A DNA stretch of 64,000 nt, taken from positions 18,292,001-18,356,000 of the forward strand of contig NC_086118.1 in NCBI RefSeq assembly GCF_963921235.1, given 5' to 3'. The position numbers and the translations under genes are program-made. The notes below the pieces were generated by a model. That model ran no database searches, was not told the DNA's origin, and worked only from the letters and a program-made list of their open reading frames with translations. Below, in pieces: positions 24,611 through 37,313 of the stretch (within the stretch, counting starts at the first letter, position 1; each line of letters begins with the position of its first letter). This DNA is from Mobula hypostoma (Eukaryota).

Positions 24611-25591
24611 TGTCACGTACCCCATGATGGGTATAAAGAACCTGCAGAGATGGAAAACACTTTGGAGTCCAGTATTGCTATTAACTAATAATATTTATTA
24701 GTAACTATGCAATACAGTAATATAAATGTAGATAAGTCAAACAGGTTAGCAGTGATTTTATATATAGGTAAGTATATCAGTAAGTGTGGAAATATATGTA
24801 TGAAAAACCAAGCTTCTTTAAGTCTAGGGGTAGAAAGATACAGTCTTACAATGATGAGTAAAGTTCAGTTCAGTTCAGTTTGTGGTATTGAGTTGAGTAG
24901 TGATGGAGAGAGACAGAGGGAGAGATTTGAGTCCTCAGGTGAGCTGATGCCGTCAATCTTCTTGTTGTCCTTCAAAATCCTTTAAAATTCACTGACTGTG
25001 ACCTTAACAAAAGGGACTGGTTTTCTGTGGTGGAGCTATCACCCAGGCGAGTGTGGACACATGTACAACTCCCCACCAGTCAACCCCTTTCCTTTTCACT
25101 GCAAGAGCGACTGATCGATCCTCCTGATCGATCCTCCAAAACCCACTTTTTCTGCAGGCACAACAATGCTCATTCAGTGTCCAAAACATGTGTCTGAGGT
25201 CTATCATCTGACCATCTATTTTATCTTCCCGTGCTGAGCAGCATCAACTGTCACTCAAAATACTCCTCCTTCCTTTGACTGTGTAAGAAAATGTACAAGC
25301 ATGCCATGTCCTTGGGAAGTATCAACACGCTGCCGAAAATCATAACATTGAGTGTCCATCAAATAACACCGCCTTTGGTCACCATAGCAACTTACGAGCT
25401 GCTCGGTGGCATCTCTCTCCCCAGCTCAACAGAAATCCAAAAGTTAGCCAGTTCTTCTCGTGCCTTAAAGGGAGAGTCCAACAGTTAGTCTTTGTCTCTC
25501 TCTCTCTCTTCAAAACAAGATATCGCTGTTAAATAACTCTCTCTCTCTCTTCAAAACTCATTTAACAGTGGTAATTCAGGATCCCGTCACA
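24611..25591 (-). mobile_element. Solo LTR (distant relative of the Gmr1-type LTRs)
   Basis: TG...CA ends and TSD cagc. The minus strand ends ggggtacgtgaca and contains an (aactg)n tract like the LTRs at 15045 and 19116. Confidence 0.85.
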
Positions 25592-28500
25592 CAGCCCACA
25601 GGGCTTTTCTCAAAGCAACAGCAAGGCAAAAGAAAGGCTCAAATAACAAATGCAGCAAATATGGAAGTAGTCACATTTGAAAGATGTTTCCTGCTTATGG
25701 TAAGTCTTACAATAATTGTGGGAAGCAGAATCAGTTTGCAAAGTGCTGCAAAGCTTGGGCTGCCAAAAAAAAGATGCACACATTGAAGAGGAAATGGAGG
25801 AATTCTTTGTGGTTTCTCTACAATCTACTGGTGCTGGGAAAACGTAATGGGTCATTCCAGTGACTGTGAATGAGACAGTAATCCCATTCAAGCTTGACAT
25901 TCAAGCCCAGGTGAATCTGTTATCCATAGATGATTACAAGACCCTCAGGGTAAAGAACAACATTTACTCAGTGAAGGTAAAAGTGACGGACTATACTGGA
26001 GAGAATATTCCACCCAAAGGGAGTTGTATAGTGATCTTCAATCACAAGGGGGAGCAACTAAAGGTACAGCTACTGATTGTAGAAAAGATAGTACAGCCAG
26101 TATTAGGTCTAAGTGCATGTGAAAAGCTTAACCTGATGAAAAGTGTTTTCATAGTGGCTTCACTGACCAAATATGACCATACAGCACTCATGGAAGAGTA
26201 TGCAAATGTCTTTGAGGGTCTTGGATTGTTTCCAGGTGTATATAAAAATTCATATAGATGAGGCAGTGACTCCTGTTGTCCATGCATTCAGGGAAGTTCC
26301 ATTCCCACTTAGAGGCAAATTTAAATAAGAACTAACATGCATGGAATGAATGAATATCACACTGAAAATTGAAGAACCATCAGACCGGGTGAGTTCATTG
26401 ATCATTGTGCAAAAAAAGGGAGCATTGTGCATATGTCTATCCCCAAGACATCTCAATAAAGCCATCAAGAGAGAGCATTTTAAATTGCCAATATGGAAGG
26501 CGATCATGTCCCATTTTTCAGGTGTCATGTGGTTTAGCAAGCTCGGAGCCTCATCTGGATTTTGGCTGATAGCTTGATGAGGCAAGATCAAGACTGTATT
26601 CTTAACACACCACAGGAAAGATACCACTTTCTTCAGATACCTTACGGGATTCTATCCACCACAGAAGTCTATCATAAAACCATCCACATGATTTTTGAGG
26701 GCATACCTGGTGTCGAGACTGTGATGGATGACATCATCATCTGGGGGTCCAGCAAGAATGAAAATGATACATGACTGAGACAAGTGGTTAACGTAACGCA
26801 GAATATCAATTTGAAATTAAATAAAGTGAGATGTGAGTTTGGTGCTAAGGCACAGATCTTCGTAAATGCCATATCTGAAGAGGGAGTGAAGCTTGGCCCA
26901 AGAGACACATCAGCCATTGAAAACACGGAGAGGCCCCAAAACAAAGAGGAAGTGAGACATTTCTTGGGGCTGGTAACTTAACCGGATATTTTCATCCCTC
27001 GACTGTCAACTGACTCAGCACCACTTTGGTCACGCCTTGAGCTGCAAAATGAGTGGATTTAGACTCGAGAGCAAAAAGGTGTGTTTCCAGATGCTGGAAA
27101 AAAAGTTATAATCGAAGAGCCCGTTCCAAAGTTTTATGATCTGGAAAGGTGTATGGGGATATCGGCTAATGCATCCCAGTAGGGCCTTGGAGAAGAACAA
27201 CAGCATGGTGATGCATGGCAACCTGTTGCCTATGCATCAAGGGCTTTAACAAATGCACAGATAGCGAACTAACTCCCCAGTGAAAGGTTCCATCGGTATA
27301 TCTATGGACAAGTTTTGAAGTGGAGACAGACCATAAACCATTGGTCTTAATTACGTCTAAACCACCTAATGACTGTCCCATGAGGATACAGTGCATGTTG
27401 ATAAGGCTGCAGAAATATGCTGTCTCATGCAGTCGGCAAGAAAGAGGAGAGTGGCCAAAAGGTCAATGCGGATATATAGGCTTTCATTGGCATGATTGTC
27501 ATCTCCCTTCCAGTATCTCCTGATAGAACAGAGCGGATTAGGAAAGCAGCAGTGACAGATGAAACAATTAAAGAAGTCAAAGAATGGAAACTATAGCCAG
27601 CAGCTAGGAATGACTGCCCAATGTGTACTTGGGATTATTGGGCACACAGAGCTGAATTGGCAGTAATGAAAGACGTGGTCTTTAAAAGGAACATATTTGT
27701 GATTCCAATGTCGCTATGCAAGGAAATGCACCAGAAAATATATAAAGGGCATCTTGGTAAGAAAAAATATGAACATTGAGCTCATGAAGTAATGTACTGG
27801 CGAAGAAAGAACCAAGACATCAGCCAGATCACTGCTTCATGTGAAATATGCCTTACCCACAGACCAAAGCAGTGAGCAGAACCACTTACACCATATGCTG
27901 TACCAGACAGGTCATACTTCAAAGTTGGAGTGGGATTGTTCGATTGTAATGTGTAAAATCATATTGTTGGAACAGACTCCTTCTTCAATTACTCAGAGGT
28001 TGCAACTTGTGAAGTGGTATCAGACAATGGTCCACATTTTCAAACAGCAAACTTGAATCCTTTGCCAATATTTAGGGATTTTGACATAAACCAAGCCCAC
28101 ATGACCCATAATCTAATGGCCTAGCAGAGACTTCAGTCAAGGTAGTGAAGGGCCTCATGAAGAAAGTGCAAGGTGGACGAGGACATTTCTAAACGTCTAA
28201 TGATTTACAGAAGTGTGCCACTGCAGAATGGCCTTTCACCAGCCCAAATGCTGATGGTTCAGTGCATATACACTAACCTTCCAATGCATGAAAACCTGTT
28301 GACACCTGAAGGAGCACCCAAGGTCAAATAGGCTATAGTTAAAGGGAAAGAAAATCAGAAACATTATCACAACAAGACTGTGAAAAGCCTACCAGTCCTG
28401 AAGCCTGGGGATCAAATGTGAATCCCAGACCACACTTCTGGTAAATAGTCCTTGCAAAGATACTATATGTGAAAGAAGAATTAGTTCCACATTCTTATCC

Positions 28501-28933
28501 GATCTCTACGGAGTGAGGGACATCTCTGAGAACGAACTGCATGGATCTATGACCACAAGCTCCAACCCATAGCTGTGAACCATCTCCTGTTAGTACAGCA
28601 AAGGACACAGCAAATGTAAAAAATAAACATGTTGATCAGAGTTCTCAGAAAGACACAAATATTAATGAAGAAAATGCAAGCAATGCACTTGTGGAAAGAA
28701 ATAGCAGACTATAAAAGGATCTTTAAACCACTTCAGAGACTGATTGAAATGAGCTGAGTGGATAAGGGACTGTAGTTGTTCATTACAATTGAAGATGAAA
28801 TCTTGTACAGTTGAAAATTCAGAAAAAAAGTGACCGGTTACAGAATTTTGGTATCTTTGTCAGAAAGGTTCCTTGCAGTTTTATGAAGACATTGTGTTGA
28901 ATTTGTTTTTTCTTTCTAGGGGGAAGATGTGTT

Positions 28934-29425
28934 TGTCAGTATCTCCAGCGGAACGCTGTCTTTTTGTGTGTTACCCCCAGCTGTCATTCTGTATTTTTGT
29001 ATTGCCATGTGCTCCTGTCCCTGCCCCTGCTCTACTCCGGCCCCTGTATCACTGATTACTCTGCCCCTCACCTGTTTCCCTTTATTACCTGTATTGCTGC
29101 CACCTGTGTCTCGTTGTGCTGCACCTATCATCTGCCTCTCTGTTTATTGCTCAGTGTATTTTAGTGCTGTGTTTTCACCTGTGTTTTACTAGATTGTGTC
29201 AGTGAGTTTTCCTGAGCCTTTCCAGCATTCATATCGAAACTCTGTCCTTCTGAGCATTGACTCTGCATGTTTCCTGATTCTGATTTTTGGATTTCTCTGG
29301 ATTGTTGGACCTCTGCCTGAACTTTGACACTGGCTTTGTTGCCCCTCTGGATTTGTTACTCAATAGCTATCACAGTGTGTACAGTACTGGGTCTGCGATT
29401 GGGTCCCCGCTCCAGCCCCCTGACA
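28934..29425. mobile_element. Solo LTR inserted in the 3' LTR of the old Gypsy
   Basis: tgtcag...ctgaca inverted termini with a 5-bp TSD gtgtt. Confidence 0.85.
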
Positions 29426-29732
29426 GTGTTACTATGTGTGCATAATAAAGAACTTCAGTTCACAGTGACAGTACAAGGGTTCATCTGGAACTGGAAGCCA
29501 CAGTGGTGACCGGGTCGTGCACACACAGGGTTGAGCCGTAATTCTGTAATAACATATTTTAAAGTAAACCCATGCCAAGTTTATGTTTATTAAGGACAAA
29601 CATAATGATCTCCTTCTCAAGTTCAATAGTAGATTGACAATAAAGGCTGGCACTGTAGGTAACACTTACATCTTGTGTATGAATGCAAGAAAATGACATT
29701 TATCAACCTTGTATTTTTAACAATGTTACTTA

Positions 29733-29858
29733 AATCTCTTACTATCTCTTCTTTCAGTTAGTCCTGACGAAGCGTCTCAGACCGAAACGTCGACTGTACC
29801 TCTTCCTAGAGATGCTGCCTGGCCTGCTGCATTCACCAGCAATTTTTATGTGTGTTAC
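29733..29858 (+). mobile_element. Short Penelope 3' fragment containing a hammerhead ribozyme motif
   Basis: Matches 24030-24158. The motif agtc-CTGACGA-...-GAAA-c-GTC-gact at 29760-29795 has intact core boxes. Confidence 0.8.
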
Positions 29859-30364
29859 TTAATTTAATCCTTTTTTGGCCTCTCTTACAACTTACTTCTT
29901 TGGTTTGCACATTTTTTTCTATATCTATTCTTTGCTCCTTCCTATCAATATCACTTTTTCTTAATCCCTCTTCCATTCCATATTTTTTCTAATTTCTCTT
30001 TTCCCTTCGCTTTTCCTTAATTAACAGCTTATTATGTTTTACCTCTGTTTTTCATTAGCATTGTACTGAAATTTTCCTCTGTCATAGCCCTTCTAAATAT
30101 TTCTTTTCCTTTTCTGTTTATAATTAATTTATTACTTACCTAATTCCATACTTCTCTATTTGTGTATAAGTTACACCTAATCAGTTCTGATCTTTGTGGT
30201 TTAATGTGTTTTCTCTTCATGTTTTGCTTAATTCTAATCTTAATTCTGTTTTTGCATATTTCCCCTTATTTTCATCTATCTCAATTTCCTTTTAAATCAT
30301 TAATTAACTTCAAAAATATTTCTATTGATATACTTGTTTCAGTCTTTTCTATTTGTCCATTTAC

Positions 30365-30630
30365 AAAATGCACTCAAGGACTTAACAATGGTTCTTCAAG
30401 TGCACACAGTAAAATTCTAACCAGTAGCACCCAAAAGGGCAAGTAGGTGATGTGGAATGAAACCCTTAAAATTCCATTCAATAATTCATAGATCTCTAGC
30501 ACATTTCTTCATCACTGTTGATGTGAACCCTGGTACTCCTCACCCTGCATATCCTACAGAAAGTTTCATTGGAAGGGCTACAGTGGTTCAAGGAGATAAG
30601 ATGGGCAATAATGGCTGAGCCACTGATGGC
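30365..30630 (+). pseudogene. Decayed synaptotagmin-like C2B segment
   Basis: KILTSSTQKGK*VMWNETLKIPF / HFFITVDV...ESFIGRATVVQGDKMGNNG / LSH*. This follows the C2B pattern KT...PxWNE...ITV...IG...LxHW. Confidence 0.58.
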
Positions 30631-31404
30631 CTTTTTCAATAAGTTCAATTGATCTTTTATCCCCTCTCATATGTTCACTGACCACTGCCCATTTCATGTC
30701 ATATATTCTCTACTTTTTAAACTCTCTCTGCATTCACCACAGTTTTCCACTCCCTTTTATGTGGTTACAATATCAAACACTGAACTTGATTTTTTTCTTG
30801 TTCAGCTTTCCTGATTTTAGATTTGATGATAATTCACTATTTTTTCTCCCCTGGTCCTTATAATCTTGCCTACATTCTTGTTTTCACATCACTTATTTTC
30901 TTAAGTGGAATGAACATTCCATTCACACAAACGTTGTAAAATTGAGATTTTTTCCCTCAACTTCCTTATCTCTAATTTTTAACCACTTTTTTTCTCCTTA
31001 GGACTTGTTATTTCTACATTTTTCTTTAATTTCTCTTCATTCAGCACTAATACAGCTTAATTTTACTAAACTTTCTCAAATAATAATTTTTTGTTCTTCT
31101 TACTTTTAATTATATCTCCAGCAAGCAATCTCTTATTTTGTAATCCCTTGTTTTACTAAGTATCACCTAAGAGCACAGGAATAAAGCGTTTTGGTCCTCT
31201 GATCCCATTCTTCCATTTAATAAGGTCATGGCTTTCGGATTGCAAATCAACTCTGCACTAATATTTACTTCAGATAACTTTCTACCTCCTTTCTGTACTG
31301 TACCTGTCAACCCTTGACTTTAAATATTCAAAGACACTGATTACAAAATGCTTTTAGGAAGAGTCTACCAGTCAAGATGGCACCAGCATACAACACTCAC
31401 TCAG

Positions 31405-31660
31405 TTCAAGATAGAAGGCCATGCAAGAAAGAAAAGGGGGGGGGGGAGGAGCACCAGAGGGAGGCGATGGGCAGGCAAGGTGGTAAGGTGAGAGAGGGAA
31501 AAGGGGATTGAGTCTGGTGTAGGAGAGGGCGGGAGGCCATTACCAGAAGTTCAAGAAATCAATGTTCATTCCATCAGGTTGGTGGCTACCCAGGTAGAAT
31601 ATAAGGTGTTGTTCCTCCAACCTGAGTGTGGCCTCATCGAGACAGTAGAGGAGGCCTTGG
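31405..31660 (-). mobile_element. Penelope 3' fragment
   Basis: Reverse complement resembles 23640-23900 (RLEEQHLIF.LGS.QPDGMNIDF). Confidence 0.7.
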
Positions 31661-32975
31661 ATGTACTTTGGTCTGGCCATCACCACTCTGGGAAGAAAGG
31701 CATTAGCTATCCACTCTACCCATGCACCTCATTATCTCATTCACTTCTATCACGTTACTGATCAACCCCCCCCCACCCCCAATTCAAGGTGAAAATCCCA
31801 AATGACCTTTCTTCATAAGACATGTTCTCTACACTGGGCAGAAAGCTGGTAAATTTCTTGTACTTTTCTTTAGAGCATCCACACTCTCTAGTACTGAACA
31901 CAGCAGGCTAAGTATGGTTAACCAGAGTTTTATAGAGTTGCAACATAATTTCACAACTATTGAACTGAATCGCCCAACTAATGAAGGCCAGTACACCCTA
32001 TACCTTCTGTACCATCCCATTTCTCCACTGCTAAGGGTTCTGCAATTGACCTTCAAATTTGATCATCCAAAGAGCATGATCTCACACTTTTCAGGATTTA
32101 ACTCCATCTGCCACTTCTCAAGCTAACTCTGTATCCTATTTATATTCTGCTGTAACCTATGGGAATGTTCTGTACTATCTTTTAAGAGACTCTGGGATAG
32201 GTAGATGGGGCTTAGAAAAATAGAGGGCTATGGGTAACCCTAGGTAATTTCTAAAGTAAGTACATGTTTGGCATAGCATTGTGGGCTGAAGGGCCTGTAT
32301 TGTGCTGTAGGTTTTCTATGTTTCTATGCACGATTCCAAACTTTGTGTCACCTGCAAATTATCTAACCCATCCCTCCATTACCTCATCCAAAATATTTAT
32401 GAAGATAACAAAGAGCAGGAATCCTACAACACAAACTTACAGAACATAACTAGTCAACAACCTCCAGACAGAATGCTCTCCATCTGCTACCACCCTTTGC
32501 CTTCTGTCGGCAAGCCATTTCCAGATGCACACAGCGATGTCCCCATAGAACTTGTGCCTCATGACATTATGGACGAGATGACCATGGGAAATCTTGTCAA
32601 ACACCTTATTAAAATCCATATACACCAGATCCACTGCTCTACCGTTACCAGTTTGTTTGGCACCTCCTTGAAAAACTCAGATAGTTTTGTGAGGCATGAC
32701 CTGCACAAAGCCATGTTAACTATTCTTAATAACACTATGCTTCTCCAAATGCTCGTAGATCCTCTCCCTAAGAATCCTCTACAATAATCTTCCCACTATT
32801 GATGTAAGAATCACTGGTATATAATTCCTAAGTTTATCCTTATTACAGTATTTGAATGAACAACAGAACAAACATTTTGTAACCTCCAAATCTCTGGTAA
32901 CACTCCTGTAACCAGGAAGGAAGCAACTATCTTCATCAAACCCCAGCAATCTCTTCCCTTGCTTCCCATAATAAA
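31660..32975 (-). mobile_element. Degenerate CR1 LINE fragments
   Basis: ORF 32437-32634 reads DLVYMDFNKVFDKISHG...WLADRRQRVV. A small + strand CR1 tail lies at 32180-32327. Confidence 0.75.
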
Positions 32976-32994
32976 CTGTGAATAGTTGTTTGCG

Positions 32995-33920
32995 TTAATA
33001 GTTATATTCTGACCATTTTCCACATTTTTATGCCCCTGTATGACAAACTGCAGCTCCCTTCTCAGACTGTCCACATAGATTGATCACAATCTTATTGTGT
33101 AATCCCAACCACAAATAAACAGGCAGTTAAACTCTTTCTATGTGACATCGCAAAAGGTGCCTAAAGATAATCTAAACACCTTTCAATGACACATTACATG
33201 GTCACATGTCCACTCTCACTCCTGGTGAACTCACTGTTTCTGTAATCAACCTTATACCCAACTCCATTCCCATACACTAAAGTTAAAGATAGGAAAAACA
33301 GTCTTATAAAACAGCCACTAATTCCATCCTCCACTCTGAGATCTCTCTAGCCAATTGTCTCCAAAGTTTATCCTGGTGTTTAGCAGCAGAATGTCTTCCC
33401 TCTCTCTGTATTCAGCAGTTTACTTCTCTCCTGCTTGATCAGTGAGGCTTAGGGATAATGAAACTCCCTCTGAAGTTAGGAACAAGAAACAAGAAGGCAT
33501 CGGACACACACAAAATGCTGTGGGAGCTCAGCAGATCAGGGAGCTTCTAGAGGAATAAATAATCAGTAGACTTTTCAGGCCATAACCCTTCTTTAGAGGG
33601 TTTCTTCATTGAGTGTTTAATCATTTCCATAAATGCTGTCTGACCTACTAAGTTCCAGAATTTTGTACATGTTCCTTTGGATTTCCAGCATCTGCAGAAT
33701 TTCTCATGTTCCAGAAATTATTGGTAGTGGTAACAAATGAAAGGTTCACCAGAAGTTTAAAAAAAGAACAAAATCACTGGGGAATAATGGGAATGGGCAT
33801 AGTGTACCATGCTTCCTCTCCTCTGTCCTGACAAACATTCCTAGACTATTGTTTGAAAAGGATCAAAGATTCTTCAGATCTGCCCTATAAATCACAGAAT
33901 TTGCGTAAACTAGAAAAAGA
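32995..33920 (+). repeat. Older tandem-duplication copy A (homologous to 35975-36690 and 52000-52700)
   Basis: Shared blocks include tgtatgacaaactgcagctc, ggataatgaaactccctctgaagttag and tttgaaaaggatcaaagattc. It contains a Penelope-type fragment at ~33500-33710. Confidence 0.85.
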
Positions 33921-34267
33921 CAGTTACAGAGTAATATTTGGTTAATTGCATGCTAATCAAATACTCTTGGTTGATGTAAAGCAGGGATTTAAAATAAAGC
34001 GAGGATCCCTCTACATTTTACTGTCATCCATAGCAAGGACAGTTATAGCATAACTTTGATACCATGTCCAATTATACCTTTATTTTAAAACTGCTTTTGA
34101 TTGTGTTATCTGTATTTAAGTAATGAACTCTCTCGACACTAAGGAGGAAGCACACAACCTTGCACCCAGATTTGATTAGGCAACATAAACACAGACATCA
34201 ACATACCCAGATGATATACAGTAGGAGACTTTTTATGTAGACGCTTCACTAATATTGGTGAATGGGC

Positions 34268-34585
34268 AGGCGGTGACACAGCTGTTAGAACTGCTGCCAC
34301 ATGGTACCAGGGACCCAGTCTGAATCCTGACCTGGGCTGCTGTCTGTGTGGAGTTTGCATACTTTTCCAGTGACCATAAGGGTTTCTTTCATGAAGTTTC
34401 AGTATCCTTCCCTTTGCCAGAGAGGTGCTGGGGGGTTAGTTGCTCCTCGTGAGTAGCTGAGCGATAGGACCTGGGGAGGATGATAAGAATGGGGGAAGAA
34501 AGTTATAAAAGGGTTTACTATAGGGTTAATGGAAATGGATGTTTGCTCGTAGGTGAAGATTCAGTGGGTGGAAAGGCCTATCTCT
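34268..34585 (+). mobile_element. tRNA-derived V-SINE (HE1-like)
   Basis: A tRNA-like head is followed by a V-domain-like ctgtctgtgtggagtttgcat...gtgacc...gggtttc and a CR1-like tail. Confidence 0.7.
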
Positions 34586-34589
34586 AAAA

Positions 34590-37080
34590 TTCTGCACAAA
34601 GGCTGAACCTAATGTTATCTGTGGACGAGTTTCCAGTGACTTGTCATATTCCATCTCAGCAAAATCCTTGTCTGAGATCTCAGTAAGATCTTCACTCCAC
34701 GTGAAGATCTTACATGACCTGTTTCATTCCATCAGTGATGCTGAACATCTGCCTGTGACTCCAGCAACAACTCTCAGTGTGGTGATGATTTAACTTAATG
34801 ATCTCTGCTTCCTGAGACACAAGTCATTTTGGATCTAAAATCATTTAAGATAAATCAGGTGTCTACAAGTTGAACCACATGGAAAACTTTAGTGATGAAA
34901 TTTATACTTTACAGACTTTAAATTACACTTAATGTCTGGAAAGATTACATGTATATAAATTATGTTACATACTAAATTGTTGGAATACTTTTCCATTCAT
35001 CATAAACTGCAATTTCCTGCTTCCCTAAATTACTCTGCCACCTTCATGTAAATGGGAGCACAAACCTGGTGACAGTTGATGTCACAATGGTAATCAGAGC
35101 CAATCACAATGGTAAGGATTGCATCGCAAAACTAAACTCCTCCCACATAATCACATGGCCAGGTTGTGTCGTTGAAATGCTGTTCTAGTTGGTATGTTTA
35201 TCGGTTTGACAACCAGTCCTTTTTCATAGGTCCACTGCCCTGCAATAAAACTGGAAACGAGGAACTGAGAATCCAACTGTACCACATATCTTCATTACTT
35301 ATCTCCCCTAACCCTTCATCAGAAGGTGTCCTTTCTATTGTTTTCAGGTAATTAGTCCCCCACATCCTACAGTGAGAGGAATTTGAGATATTGGAATATG
35401 AGGTGAGGCAGACTTTGTATAAGGTAAGGTTATCACAAGCAGGGCAATCTGAAGGCTTTCTAAATTGATAAAATATAACCAAAAGAGCTCCAACCCATCC
35501 TGCATGAAATGAAGCATGAAGCATTAATAGATGGACCCAGTTCAGTTCCGGTTGAGGGTGAAGATAGAAAATAAATTCCTCTACATGTGCCTCGTGCACT
35601 TAAATGACGCAGAAGGGAGGAGCTGATGCTGTTCCTACTCCACCTGAACAAAAACTGGAGCTGCTGGCAATCCCTGCCAAGTTTCTCACCTGCAATCACT
35701 GAAGCATGCTATTGCATCTTGACTTCTATACTGAGGGATTTTGGTAAATCAACATGCTCAATGAATCTACAGATCATTTCCAATCTTGGTTAGTGTGCCA
35801 GTGATTACCCCTTCCCTCTCTATTTTCCACAGGCACAATTCATCTTTTAATCTAAAAGTCAATAGAGATAATTCTGGATTCTGCAACTGGAATACCATTG
35901 AACAAATTAGTTGTCTACAACTAAACTTCTTTAAATATATTTAGGATTAATTAAACCCACTTGCATTACATATCTTTAAATTAACAGTTATTTTACCATT
36001 TTCCTCATTTTTATGGACCTGTATGACAAACTGCAGCTCATTCTCAGATTGATCACAATCTTATTGTGAAATCTCAATCACAAAGGAGCAGGCAGTTAAA
36101 CTCTTCCTATGTGACATCACAAAAGCAGCCTAGCACCAGGGTCTATGTCAAACAATAAATGAAGCACCTTTGAATGACATGTTACATGGTCACATGGCCA
36201 CTCTCACTGGTTCTGTAATCAAACTTGTACCCAATTTAGTACATCCTATCACCATGTACTAAATATAAAGTTAGGAAAAGCAGCCACTAATAATTCAATT
36301 CTTCAGTCTGAGATCTCTCTAGCCAATTGCCTCTAAATTTTCTCCTTGTGTTCAGAAGCAGAATGTCTTCCTTCTCTCTGAATTCAGCAGTTTTCTTCCC
36401 TCCTGTTTGAGCAGTGAGGATCAAGGATAATGAAACTCCCTCTGAAGTTAGTAGCAAAAGAAGCAAGAAGTCATTGATACTGGTAACAAATTAAAGGTTC
36501 ATCAGAAGTTTAAAAGAAGAACAAAATCACTGGAGAATAAAGAGAATACATCATGGGAATTGCAAATAACGCTTCTTGTCCTCTGTCCTGGCAAACATTC
36601 CCAGACTATGGTTTGAAAAGGATCAAAGATTCTCGAAATCCATCCTATCAATCACACTTAAGACAGGGTCAGCAGGAACTAGAAAAAGGTGCAAAGCTCA
36701 TTTCAGACAACTTAATACAGCACAGTCACCTCATATCTACAAGATAAATGGAACATAGGACACAATTAAAGAAAACACTTTAGTTTGCACACAGCATGGC
36801 ATGAATACAGAATACTTACAAATTCACATATCAATGCCGAACATACCCAGCAGATTTACATGAGTTAAGTTTCAATCAAATAGTCAATTCAAAGCTTTAG
36901 CTTCTGATATTTGTGGACAATGTTCCCAGTGGCTTGTTAATATCCCATCTCAATAAAATCCTGATCTGATGACAACTACAGTAAAGTTTTTCATCTTTGC
37001 CGTCTTTCAAAAGTGATCCTGAGGGGGTAGCTCCAGTTAGATGTACTTTATGAATTCACCAACTTCTCTTCATTCTGAGA
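34590..37080 (+). pseudogene. Decayed multi-C2 synaptotagmin-like block (duplication copy B)
   Basis: ICGRVSSDLSYSISAKSL...LHVKIL...AEHLP (C2 strands 1-2); FDNQSFFIGPLPCNKTGNEELRIQLY (cf. SYT14/16 C2A FxETFxF...IGNYAVRFRLY); ELMLFLLH; KFKRRTKSLEN; and a second ICGQ start at ~36910. Confidence 0.5.
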
Positions 37081-37313
37081 TATTAGATAAACAACAGTAC
37101 AGCATTATATAGGCTCTTCAGCCCACAATGTTGTGCCTATCCAAGAGTGTCTTAAATGTTGCTAATGTATGTGATTCCCCCACCAGCTCTGGCAGCAGAT
37201 TCTAAGCATTCACCAATCTCTGTACAAAATTCATCCCCCCCATACCATTCTCCATTTATAATAAAATTATGTTATCTCAAATTAGCCATTTATGTCCTGA
37301 GCAAAAAGGTGCT

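Larger units (their letters stand above)
20694..29602 (+). mobile_element. Old Gypsy (Mag-like) LTR retrotransposon with three nested insertions
   Basis: Short diverged LTRs at 20694-20871 and 28928-29602, PBS tggtgtcagaa, PPT ggggaaga. Degenerate gag (MDKLRPP...WKSFKQQF), protease (FKLDIQAQVNL), RT (MDDIIIWG), RNase H (ETDHKPL) and integrase. Confidence 0.88.

Noticed and set aside
35450..36650. Minus-strand exons of an IL-1/IL-18-like cytokine (GVSLSLILT..., LQFLFRW...GIYFLSS; apparent 111-bp exon at 52344-52454)
   Set aside because: The splice donor is present in only one of three copies and the exon layout does not fit IL-1 family genes. The + strand C2 reading explains the same DNA consistently with the rest of the window.
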